A stretch of DNA of 64,000 bases from Diplonema japonicum (lineage: Eukaryota; Protista; Euglenozoa: Diplonemea): positions 439,023-503,022 of the forward strand of contig OZ025711.1 in assembly GCA_964019335.1 (NCBI GenBank). Direction: 5' to 3'. Made by a program: the position numbers and the translations under genes. The notes below the pieces were generated by a model. That model had not been told where the DNA came from, did not search any database, and saw only the letters and a list, made by a program, of their open reading frames with translations. This document shows positions 12,037 to 22,495 of this stretch, in pieces; position 1 is the stretch's first letter, and each line of letters starts with the position of its first letter.

Positions 12037-12606
12037 TCACCACAAAACCCTCCAACTTCCCATCGATACAAACATGACCCCAACACCCAACAGCAAGTGT
12101 TGGTAGGCGTGGATGATCGACAGCACATACTCAACATGCTCTGGGAACAAAAGGGCGGCCTGCTGTATGACCGCCAACCTGACCAACGTGCCCATAATGT
12201 TCAGAGAGTAAAAATACAAAAGAGGCATTTTTGTAGCCCCCGCCACGAGGCAGACGAGCATTCCAGGGTCGACGAGAACAGAGGCGTAGGTGACCCGTCC
12301 AGCTAAGAGGACCGCTTTCTCAGCGTAAGGGACTTTTTCTGCAATGTATTGCAGTCCTGTCTCTCCGTGGTCCCGGCCGAATAAGTAGAACAAAGGGTCC
12401 TCTACCAGTCTCCTGGTGAAGGCTGCCACCCACCACACCCAGCCCGACACCCTCCCCGCCGTGAAGAAACAATGAAGGTCATTACTGTTCAAACCCAACA
12501 ACCAAACAGGGTGTTCCTCCACCAACATAGGCCCCAACACATCTCCTGCCTTGCCCACCAACATGACGAAGGTGGCGATTACACAGTAAGTGTTCAAGGA
12601 CAACAT
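12037..12606 (-). CDS. Membrane protein, DedA/VTT (SNARE-associated)-like
   Basis: Several hydrophobic helices and the DedA-like segment RRLVEDPLFYLFGRDHG ... LVAGATKMPLLYFYSLNIMGTLVR. Confidence 0.6.
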   Translation of the reverse strand: MLSLNTYCVIATFVMLVGKAGDVLGPMLVEEHPVWLLGLNSNDLHCFFTAGRVSGWVWWVAAFTRRLVEDPLFYLFGRDHGETGLQYIAEKVPYAEKAVLLAGRVTYASVLVDPGMLVCLVAGATKMPLLYFYSLNIMGTLVRLAVIQQAALLFPEHVEYVLSIIHAYQHLLLGVGVMFVSMGSWRVLW

Positions 12607-13241
12607 TTATTCTACATCAGGTCTGAAATGAAATAAAAATAAAAAAACTCAGTGGCGTCCACTAAAAAGAAAAAAAAAAAAAAAAGAAAAAGGGTGCATT
12701 CTGTAAATCCCCTTCTTTTTTTTAAAGGAGGGGAGGAGCATTTTATTTTTTTCCTAGGAATTCTTTTTTTTTTTTTTTTTTTTTTCTCCTTCCAGCAGGA
12801 CTAACTAAGAGGTTTAACATTAAAACAAAGAGCAAAAGACGTAGGACAGAATGAAGTAAGAGGGGGGTTTTAAAATAGAAAAATCGTCAAGGTGGACAAA
12901 GTGTACCATAAAGTACGGTGGTTTGTTATCAAAAGACTTTTTCGATAAGGTTTCAGTGTGCAGGGTGAGGGGGAGGGGGGTGCTCACCATGAAAAAAATA
13001 ATAATAAGGGGGTAAAAATGAATTCTTATGACTACATGTCTTTGTTGGTCGTTTGTTTTTTTTCTTTTCTTTTTTTTTTTTTTTTTGAAAGATAAAATGA
13101 ATGTTGTAACAAAAGAAAAAAAAAACACAATTTTCAGTATCCTCAGAAGAAAAAAGAAAAAAAAAAATCCCCCTCTTCGACTACTATTGAAAGCGTGGGG
13201 GGGACTAAAAAAAAACCTCTTTGGCCTCTCTCTCAGTATAT

Positions 13242-16200
13242 TCAGTACCAGTCAAAAATCTGGTGCACCTTGATCCCGCAAGACGTGCATTCTCGGACCG
13301 TAGAAATAAGGTAAGGGATGGCTACGGACAAAGATAGTCTGGTAAGGGGTTTGCCGGACGTGTCCCCAGTAGGGTACTGGTAAGGGAACTTGACCTCCAC
13401 ACCTGTCATGGCCTTGATCTTGGGGAGTTGGGTCTCATCGTCAGAAAGCACCACCGCCACCTGCACACAGGAGTTACGTGAGATTTCCAAAATGCGAGCG
13501 TCCCCCGGAAGCTCCGACAGTTTGAGGACTACCTCGGTGAGACCTTTAAACGTGGGAACCTGAAGGATGAACAACCCATCAACAACGGACCGCTTCAATT
13601 TAATTCTCGGGTCGATGGAAGACCATTTGTTGTAATTGGAAGGAACGCCCGGGAGGTAAATCACGATCTCCTCATGCAGGCTGCCTTCTTCGTACGAGTC
13701 CCCCAGTATCAGCTTCAACGGCGTGGCAAGAGCAAGCAGTTGCGCGAACATCCATGTCATCACTACCCCAGGCACTGCAGAGGTCAGGAATGCCATACTC
13801 GTGAGAGCTTTTTGCATCCCGAACTTCTCCTTCACGATCCCAACCTCCTTCCCCAACACTGTCCCATATAATGACAAAAAGTCTGTAAACGGGAAGCGGT
13901 ACCAAGGGGTGTTTACCATGCTTTTACCGAATATCTGGATGATTTCAACTTGCATCCATTCTGTCAGTTTGTACCAAGTATACTCGCCGCCGCCGCCGTT
14001 TGATGCTGCGGTCACACCGTTTCTGTACAATTTGTCCCTTAGCATGTCGACCTTGGGGATGAGCTCAGCGGGGTGTGGTTCTACTGGGAAGTACGTGATT
14101 TTCAACGTAGGCACGTCGGAGTTGAGAAGTTGTCTGAGGGTGTCGAAGGTCGCTGACACCACCCCACGGTCGAAGACAGTCTCCATGTCGATGCCCGACA
14201 TCCAGACGGTTTCCTTTGTGTGAAAGCGGGACTTGATAATTTCCGTAACGTCTCTGTGGTTCGAATCGTAGCCGTACACCGCCCTGACAATGTGTTTCAC
14301 CCCCGGGATGTTGCATGCTTTCGTCAGGTGAACTGTTCGCGTGCCGTTCTTCATCCCGCCCATCATGATGGACACCTCTTCTTTGTCTTTTATCTCTGTA
14401 TGACCGTTGCTGGACATTGATGCTTTTCTGGTGTCTTGGGAGAGCTGCCACATGGACACCACATCACCCAATCCTATCCAGTTCATCTTGGATTTATGCC
14501 CGCTTGCTAGTTGAACTTTCGACGACCCTAATATTGCCATCATTGCCTTGCACCAGCCGGTGCTTCCTTTCTTGCCTGTCATGGAGTCAATGTGCGGGTA
14601 TTTTTTCTCCTTCTTCACCACTTCTAATGCGTCGCGTAGTTCCAGCCAGGCTTGAGGGTCGAGGTATTGAGCGAGACCGTCTGCGGTCTTTTCTATGTCG
14701 CCGTCCTTATCGCCCGGGTTGAACAGCGACCCTTGCAAGCGTGAGAGTCCGGCTTTTGATGTCATGCTGCTCTTCAGTAAATCGGGCAGCACGACAAGCA
14801 CCTCTGCCAAGCGGTCGCGGATCTCATCCCGAGACACCTCTTGCAGCAGCATTTGTTCTCTTTGGTGTTGTTTCTCTTGGGCCTCCGATCGCTCCTCCTC
14901 CCTTTGTTGGTTCTGCGCGTCTTCTTTGCTTTTGAACGCGTCCACGATGTCGTTGTAAAAGGACAGCAACAGAAGCTCCCCACCGGAAGCCTGTCCTGTT
15001 GCGACCTTTCTCTTCAACGCGGGTGCGATGAAGAACAGCTCTTTAGGGATGATGCCTGTTTGCGCGCGCTGGATGTCCTTTACCTTGATGTGCCGCAGGA
15101 TCGGCTGCAGCTTCTTGAGCATAGTGAAGACAGGCTCGACCGATCTGTCAATGATACCGCCGATGAGCGTTTGATGAGCCGTCGTGAAGAACTTCGCGTT
15201 CTCTTTCAAGAACTGTTTAAAGGCAGGGAGGCCGCTGTTAAGGAGCTTGTCTACTCTGTCTGTACCGAACTCGAAAAGCGAGCTTGGGATCTGCGACAAC
15301 ACAGATGTCAGCTGCGGTGGGAGGCCCGAGGCTTCCTCCACAGTCGGAACCACTGTCACCACGGGAGCTCTGTTGCCAAGAGAGTATCCCTCCGGGACAG
15401 GCTTCACAAAGCACATCATCTCGTCAAGAGTAGGGTCGCCCTTCTCCATTTCGTACAGATTGCTGTCGACAAGATCGGAGAAGGATTCTATCAGCGTACG
15501 CCATTCTTTGACAGGACGGAACCCACGTAGTTCTTCCGCTTCATCTGTTTCTGAGACGCCGGTCACAGCGTTGAAGACACTGTGCGCGAGGTCCAGCAAG
15601 GGAATGAGCTCGGGGCTGGCATCGTGCTCGCGTGTGATGAAGATCCCTCCAGGGCGCAGGACACGAGACACTTCCGACAAAAAACGCGGGATTTTATCCA
15701 GAGGGAGGTGGTGCAAACCCTGGTTCATCGTGACAAGGTCAGCACACCCCGATTTCAATTGAAGACCATCCGTGAAATCTGTGTAGTCAACACTCACAAA
15801 ATCGCCTACGGCAGCAGATGAGCCCCTTTCAATGACCTGCGGGATGTCGTCGGCGTCACTGTCGTGAACGACCCAGCAGTTCCCTGTCATGTCCAACGCA
15901 TCACGCAACGGTTTGATAAGCTTCCCAGGATCGCCGATGGATACGTAGTCCTGGATGACGCCCACTTTACCGAGCTTTCCGATGACCGAGATGGTTTCTT
16001 TTACAAGCTCTTCTTTTTGCTGGGAGAGCTGTTTTACTTGTTTGAAGACCTTCCCCACGAAATGTGTGGGGCTCGACAGGTCCTTCTCAAGGGTGTCTTT
16101 CAGAAGGCGGAACACATCGACGTCGGTGAAGTTAGGGTACCGTGCCCTTGCGAGGAGAACGGATTTGGAGATGATAGCGAAGAGCTGCTTGTTGTTCTCG

Positions 16201-17918
16201 ATGTTGAAGATCTTGGTGAGGAACAGGTCCACGAACTGCCCACGGAGCCACGCGTTGTTGGTCAACCGGAGGTACGAATCAGTCCTTTGCATCGAAACAT
16301 TGTTCAATAGTTCAGAAGCAGCCGAAACAGACAATACCTGCCTCGTAGGTGCTTCAAGAACACCTTCGAACTGAACAGGGTAGTCATGGTCCTCAAGAAA
16401 CTGCATCCCGTAAGCCTTGAACCACTCGTTCGAAAACACATTATGCGGGTCGAAGTTCATCTTCTCCTCGAAAAACTCCTTGACGTTCGGATAACACTTT
16501 ACAAGATCTTCCTTAGAATAATGGTGCCTGTAAGGAAGGTAGAACGATCCTCCAAGCCCTTGAACCAGCGAGACAAATCGTTCGTGGAAAGACCGCAGCT
16601 CGGCGTCAGCTTCGTCCGTACGACGCATACGAAAGTAAAGCACGAATGCAAAGGCACCGCCTTCAACCCTGCTATACGGGAGAAAGGTATCCAGATCCTC
16701 TTCGACGTACCTTACTGTGGTGTTGAGGAGAACAACGGATTTTGCAACGGTGTCGAGGTCTCTGTAGATGCTTTTGGAACCGGTGATCCACGCTTTGAAC
16801 TTGTTTTCCGGAACGAAGTATTCTTGCAGGATAAAGGTGTCGTCGATACGGTACAATGGATCGTACAATTTAGCAAGGGGGATCGCAGATTCGTACATTA
16901 AGGAGTTGCGGTCGTGGGCTTCCTTCCAATCGACGGCCATTCCGGTGGAGCGTTCCAGCGCGTATCTGAAGTCGTTCATTGAGGTCCCGAGCCATTTGTA
17001 CATTATCCGCATTGTGGTGGACATTTCACGCGGTTCGGGTTCAAGAGCGCTGACGGTGGTGGTTGCTATCGATTTCCTGCAGACAATGAGCGAAATGTTC
17101 TCCGTGTTTGAAACCTCCAGCCTCGCCAGCTTCACTGCAACATCATCCGATCGGCGAATGGAACGATACACATCCGGAAACTCATGCGCTGTAAGGTTCA
17201 TTTGAAGAACCTCAATGGTAGTATTATCATCCACCTTCATTGTGGCCTCCATGATCACACCGAAGAGGCCGTACCCACCAATGCACAATGAGAAAAGACG
17301 CTGTGAAGTTTCATCACCATCTCGTGAGCACGTGACCTGCGTGCCGTCCCATAGGATAACTTTGAACGATGTGATGCACTCTGCAAGGCAGTGGTCGGAT
17401 GTGATGCCATGGGCGTTGACTGCGATGGTTCCACCGACGGAGAAGGAGCAGTAGGATTGCATTGTTCTTGGTGACTTCCCGTAGGTGTTCAGGTGTTTGA
17501 TGAGGTCCGCCCATGTTGCCCCTACTCCACATGTTACCAGTTGTGTCTCGGTGTTGTAGGAGATGGTGTTTAAACGTTTTGTGTCGATGACCAAGCCGTC
17601 CTGTGCCATGCTGTGACCGCCCATCGAGTGTTGTGTCCCGCGCATGGAGACGTGCTTCCCCTCGGAGAGAGCCCTGGCGAGAACTTGTTTCACGTCGTTT
17701 TCGTCACGGACGTCGATTACTCCTGCTACTACCGTTGTGTTTAGCCTTGTCACATCATCAACCTGGATAATCCCTTGTGCGGGGTCGGGGTCAGGCCAGC
17801 AACACCCCTCTGTCATTGAACCTGGAAGAATGGTTTCCCTTCTGAATTGGTAGCTGGTAACAAATTGACTATTCCGACACCGACTCTGTTTTACTGAATG
17901 CACGCATACCCTCCTCAT
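13242..17918 (-). CDS. Multidomain FAD-linked oxidase (VAO/ALO-type) fused to a class I SAM methyltransferase and an unknown C-terminal domain
   Basis: N-terminal FAD-binding motifs RGTQHSMGGHS, FSVGGTIAVNAHG, IGGYGLFGVI. ALO-like cap end YLPYRHH..DPHNVFSNEW. MTase motifs YVSIGDPG and DLVTMNQGLHH..VLRPGGIFITREHD. True start may be MTEG at 17816. Confidence 0.85.
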   Translation of the reverse strand: MRRVCVHSVKQSRCRNSQFVTSYQFRRETILPGSMTEGCCWPDPDPAQGIIQVDDVTRLNTTVVAGVIDVRDENDVKQVLARALSEGKHVSMRGTQHSMGGHSMAQDGLVIDTKRLNTISYNTETQLVTCGVGATWADLIKHLNTYGKSPRTMQSYCSFSVGGTIAVNAHGITSDHCLAECITSFKVILWDGTQVTCSRDGDETSQRLFSLCIGGYGLFGVIMEATMKVDDNTTIEVLQMNLTAHEFPDVYRSIRRSDDVAVKLARLEVSNTENISLIVCRKSIATTTVSALEPEPREMSTTMRIMYKWLGTSMNDFRYALERSTGMAVDWKEAHDRNSLMYESAIPLAKLYDPLYRIDDTFILQEYFVPENKFKAWITGSKSIYRDLDTVAKSVVLLNTTVRYVEEDLDTFLPYSRVEGGAFAFVLYFRMRRTDEADAELRSFHERFVSLVQGLGGSFYLPYRHHYSKEDLVKCYPNVKEFFEEKMNFDPHNVFSNEWFKAYGMQFLEDHDYPVQFEGVLEAPTRQVLSVSAASELLNNVSMQRTDSYLRLTNNAWLRGQFVDLFLTKIFNIENNKQLFAIISKSVLLARARYPNFTDVDVFRLLKDTLEKDLSSPTHFVGKVFKQVKQLSQQKEELVKETISVIGKLGKVGVIQDYVSIGDPGKLIKPLRDALDMTGNCWVVHDSDADDIPQVIERGSSAAVGDFVSVDYTDFTDGLQLKSGCADLVTMNQGLHHLPLDKIPRFLSEVSRVLRPGGIFITREHDASPELIPLLDLAHSVFNAVTGVSETDEAEELRGFRPVKEWRTLIESFSDLVDSNLYEMEKGDPTLDEMMCFVKPVPEGYSLGNRAPVVTVVPTVEEASGLPPQLTSVLSQIPSSLFEFGTDRVDKLLNSGLPAFKQFLKENAKFFTTAHQTLIGGIIDRSVEPVFTMLKKLQPILRHIKVKDIQRAQTGIIPKELFFIAPALKRKVATGQASGGELLLLSFYNDIVDAFKSKEDAQNQQREEERSEAQEKQHQREQMLLQEVSRDEIRDRLAEVLVVLPDLLKSSMTSKAGLSRLQGSLFNPGDKDGDIEKTADGLAQYLDPQAWLELRDALEVVKKEKKYPHIDSMTGKKGSTGWCKAMMAILGSSKVQLASGHKSKMNWIGLGDVVSMWQLSQDTRKASMSSNGHTEIKDKEEVSIMMGGMKNGTRTVHLTKACNIPGVKHIVRAVYGYDSNHRDVTEIIKSRFHTKETVWMSGIDMETVFDRGVVSATFDTLRQLLNSDVPTLKITYFPVEPHPAELIPKVDMLRDKLYRNGVTAASNGGGGEYTWYKLTEWMQVEIIQIFGKSMVNTPWYRFPFTDFLSLYGTVLGKEVGIVKEKFGMQKALTSMAFLTSAVPGVVMTWMFAQLLALATPLKLILGDSYEEGSLHEEIVIYLPGVPSNYNKWSSIDPRIKLKRSVVDGLFILQVPTFKGLTEVVLKLSELPGDARILEISRNSCVQVAVVLSDDETQLPKIKAMTGVEVKFPYQYPTGDTSGKPLTRLSLSVAIPYLISTVRECTSCGIKVHQIFDWY

Positions 17919-18415
17919 TACTTACACACACACACCCTGAAGAGAAAATAGTGAACGGAATGAGGAGGGGGGGGGGGGGGGGGGGGGGAGGTGAAAAAAG
18001 AAATGAAGGCGGTTCGAGATTTTTTTTCTCCCCCGTGTAGTGTTTTTTTTTTTGCCCTCGCCGCGTTCTATCGCTTCTTTGGGGGGGGGGGGGGGGTTCT
18101 TCTTTTTTTTGTTTCGTCCCCTTCCTCCAAGTAAAAAAAAGAAAGAAAAAAGTACCTACTTTAGTAGTACGTAGAATGTATTCTGGGCGTGGAAGGATGG
18201 TACAACTGAAACAAAAAAGCCCCACCCGACGGATTATACCCCCCCCCCCCCCGCCCTTCAACTTTTTTTTGAATAGAAAAGATAATACAGGAACTGAAAC
18301 AGAAAATATAAATAAGTTTTTTTTTTTTTTTTTTAAATCCTCTCCCTCTTTTTTTTTTGTATCTTTCTTTTCTTCTCCCTTCACCCCCCTTTCTTTTCAC
18401 TTCTTATGTATATAT

Positions 18416-18677
18416 GAGTCTATCGGGGAAAAAAAAAAAAAAAATGTCAACAAATGACCCTCTTTTGCAACGGAAAACCCTCGGAAAAATTTCTAAGTAC
18501 AAAAGTAGTCCGACACCACCAGTTTTTCGCTTCCCAAGGGCAGCCGGTTGCAAAGCCTGCCACCCTCATGGCAAAACAAGCGTCGCAATTGAAAGAACGC
18601 AACAGGTACACCACATATGTCAAAAAAAGTGTTGGCATTTTTTTTTTTTTTTTTTTTTTTTTTTCCCGGACGAGCTC
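18416..18677. mobile_element. MITE-like non-autonomous DNA transposon (GAG...CTC ends, ATAT flanks)
   Basis: Imperfect terminal inverted repeats: left GAGTCTATCGGGG(A)nTGTCAACA, right (reverse complement) GAGCTCGTCCGGG(A)nTGCCAACA. ATAT lies on both sides. Internal 18523-18622 matches 61957-62057 in inverted orientation. Confidence 0.7.
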
Positions 18678-19638
18678 ATATATTTATATTCTTTTTAAAA
18701 GACTCAGAATCCACGGGAGGGGGCTCTTGTACCAACAGACGAAAAAAGAATTGCCCCGTATTACAGTAGTTGTGTGTGTGTGTGTGCAGACTCCCCCATT
18801 TTTTTTTTTTTTTGGTCCCTTAAGGGGTCACGTTGCCGTATCCTAAGTCTTAAGTTCTCAGAAGTAAGAAAATAGAGGGAAGATTGAGGAAAAAAAAGGA
18901 ATAAAGGGAGTGAGGAGAAGAAGAAGAAAGGATAGGAAAGGGGGGCGGGGGAACGAAACTTGAAGAGGAATCGACAAAGGGCGCAGTAGAGAAGGGGGGA
19001 AAATGGGAAAGAGAGCGGCAAGAGGAAAAACTGGGGAAAGCATTTGCTATAAAAAAAAAAAAAAGAAATCCCCCCCATCCACCCTTTGTTTTCTTCTTCC
19101 TATAAAAATAAAAGAGTTGTTTCTTTCTTGCTCCCTCAAGGTTCGTGCCTGAATGGAATGGGAGAAAAAAAAAGGGGGGGGGGAGGGGACTCACCCTCCC
19201 GGCAAGCAACAAGTGTAAGGCAGTTCAGAAATAGTCACTGACACATAGCCAAGGCTATGCACCCCTCCCCTGTTCAGGCTCAGGAGGGGCAGGTGAGAAA
19301 GGAAAAAAGAGAAGGAAAAAAAAGAGGAGGGAGGGGGGCATTGATCATCTGGTTGTTTTTCTCTTTTTTTTCTTTTTTTTCTTCTTCTTTCAGGGAAGAA
19401 AAAAAAAATCCCGCTGTAGAATCACTTAACAGATAGGACTGCGGCGTAATATAATTATGTCTCTTTTCTAAAAAACTTTAAAAAAAAAGGGGGGGGTGAA
19501 GATAAAGGGGGGATGCGTGTAACTTCGCCTCGATTCTTCTTCTTCTTTTTTTTTTTTTTTTTTCCATTCCTTTCTTCTTCTTCTTTTTCTCCTTCACTCC
19601 ACTGGGTTGTATTTATGCTTTGACACGTCGATGGATCT

Positions 19639-19677
<39 letters not shown>

Positions 19678-19764
19678 TATCAAAGTGACATTAAAAAAAA
19701 AAAAATAATAATAATTACGAAGAAGGGAGAGGGGGGGGAGAGTCAATATATTCATAACCGCCCT

Positions 19765-20509
19765 TTACCTGTCACTCATATACAGTTTGTTGGATAGTTG
19801 GTTTGTGATTTCGAAGTGGTTTTTCTTCAGCGCGAGGATGATGGCCGTGTGACCATCATTGTTGACAACGTCAATCGTGGCCTCTTTCTTAAGAAGAATC
19901 TCAACCACCTCTTCATAACCGCCGTTTGCGGCTATCATCAGTGCGGTGGAACCCTTTTGATTTTTCGCGTCAATCTGTGCCCCATGATCAAGAAGCACTT
20001 CACATGCATCAGCGTGGCCCTCGGCAGAAGCCATCATCAAAGCAGTTGTACCAAATGGCGCCTTGTGGTCAACATCGGCACCGTGAGTAAGCAGCAACCT
20101 TAGTATCTCAATATGACCTTCTTCTGCTGTAACCAAAAGAGCAGCGGATTCTATGGGATTTTTTTTTTTTTTTTTTTTTTCCAAATAACAAACCCAATGT
20201 AGTGTCGTCGGTGCGTTCCTTTCTGTCTCGTAGCATTGTGCGGACCACCTCGGTGTGGCAGAGCTTAGCTGCGATCATCAAAGGTGTCTCGTCGTGGCCT
20301 CCGAAGTTTATTTTGTCGCCGCATCGTGCTTCATGTTTTAAAAGCAGCTCCACCACCTCCTCATTTCCCGCTCTTGCGGCCACGTAAAGTGCGTTTATGC
20401 TGGACCTATCCTTGTTGCAACGCAGGTTGGGGTCGGCTCCCGCTGCTAGGTAATCCCTTACAACGTCAATGTCTCCGTTCTCCGCAGCATCGAGGAACAT
20501 CTCACACGC

Positions 20510-20575
<66 letters not shown>

Positions 20576-22122
20576 ATATGTATACCTCTTCTCATTCTTT
20601 GCTCCCTGAAATCGTCTTCCATCGTTGCAGACAAGATTTTATGAAGCACTCCGCTTCCCGACAGCCGATCTTCCGGGTTCAACGCAAGCATGTTAGCAAC
20701 AAGCGAACCTACAAATTCAGAATACCCTTTAATTTCAAGTCCAAGCCGGATACGCGACTGTTCAGCCTCCTCGTCCAAAGCTATCTCCACACCAAGGTTC
20801 GAGACGGGCTCGTGGGGACGCTTCAACGGAACACCGCACATTTCCAACACGGTGACACCGACACCCCAAATATCTACTTTTCCAGACTGCGCAACCTTTC
20901 CTTTGAACACTTCTGGGGACATGTAATAAGGTGTTCCAGTTGCTTGAGTTTGCCTAACGGAACAGGACGATGAGTCTCCCACAAGCTTGAAATTCTTGGC
21001 AAGCCCGAAATCGCCTATTTTTAACGCGCCGGATTTTGTGAAGAAAATGTTCGCGGGTTTCAGATCGCGGTGGAAGATTCCTTTCGCGTGGAGGTATTCC
21101 AATGCTTCACAAAGCTGTTGAATTATAGGAAGAAGCGTTGAGTCATCATATCGCGACTTCCCTGACAGGATGTACGTCTGTAAGGTCCCGAAGCTGCATA
21201 GTTCCATGACCACGCAGAAATATTGATCGCCCTCACATTCCACGGTGTATGACTTGTGATATTGAACTACACCAGGGTGCTTTGCAGCTTTGAGCATTTC
21301 AACTTCTGATAGAGCATCGTTGAGCTGTTCCTCGTCTTGACACACAATTTGTTTTATTGCATAGTGTGTGTTTGTGTTTGGGTCGTTGACTTTGAATACC
21401 TTCCCGAAGGCGCCCTTCCCCAGGACAGAGAGGACGTCGTAGCCGTCTAGCTTTGCGATTCGTGTTTTTTCTTCGGGGAAGTTGGCCCCGTTGTCTTCGA
21501 GGACCTTGGCGATGTCGAATCGTTGTTTTTGAACTGCGATTTGAAGCGCCATCCATCCGTCTTTATCGAGGACATCTACGTTGGCTCCATGTCTTAAGAA
21601 GAGTTCGATGTACGTTAGGCGGCCGTGGTGTACCGCGTCCAGCAGCAGCCAACCGATGTCATGTGTTTTTTCATTAACATTCGCACCGTACTCCAGCAGG
21701 ATCCGGACGATTTCACGGTAGTCTGCTAGATACGCAAGAACAAGCAAAGGTTCACCTGTGGAATGTTTATCTGTGATGTCTGCACCACGGGACAGTAATT
21801 TGCAAGCGAGATCTGAGAATCCAAATGAACAAGCGAGGACCAATGGTGTGCAGCCGTCACGGTTCTTGGCGTGGATGTTTGCACCGTGGTCCAGGAGGAT
21901 TGCCACAGCCTCGTGTTTCCCGCTCAAGGTGGCCGCGTGAATCGGGCAGATCTGAGTTGCCCTCGATCTGCAGTCCGCGTCCACGCCGCTCTCCAGCTGT
22001 CTCGTCAGCTCTTTCACGTCGCCTTGCTTCGCTGCCGCGATTAACTGCTCGTTGCCTATCATCGTCTCGTCATCGAGCGTTGTTTGCGATGCCGCACAGC
22101 ATATAAGTCTGACTAGTTTCAT
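19765..22122 (-). CDS. Ankyrin repeats - Ser/Thr kinase (NEK-like) - ankyrin repeats, spliced
   Basis: N-terminal ANK repeats and kinase motifs LGKGAFG, AIK, HRDLKPAN, DFG, GTPYYMSPE. Three track ORFs join in frame through GT-AG introns 20509-20585 and 20151-20193 into C-terminal ANK repeats. The 3' end may extend (AG|GTAAAG near 19768). Confidence 0.88.
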
Positions 22123-22280
22123 CGGCTATTCATCGTACCATGGAAGGTTGAAGGGTATATATATATATATATTTTTTTTTTTTTCCTTTTTTTTTCCCCG
22201 GCTGGTTTTTTTTTTTTTTTTTTTTTTTTGTTTCGTTTTGTTTTTTTTAAAAGGAACAAAAATGAAGAAAAAAAAAGAAG

Positions 22281-22317
<37 letters not shown>

Positions 22318-22495
22318 GGGGAGAACAAAACAAAAAAAAAAAAAAAGTACAGAAATTTTTGTTCAAGAAAAAAAAAGAAGACAAAACATAAACAGGAAAA
22401 AAAAAAAAAAAAAAAAAGAAATCCGATCAAAACAAACATTTGTACAATAAAAAAAAAAGCAAAAAAGAGAGGCACGAGAGGCGGGCAGGGGGGAA

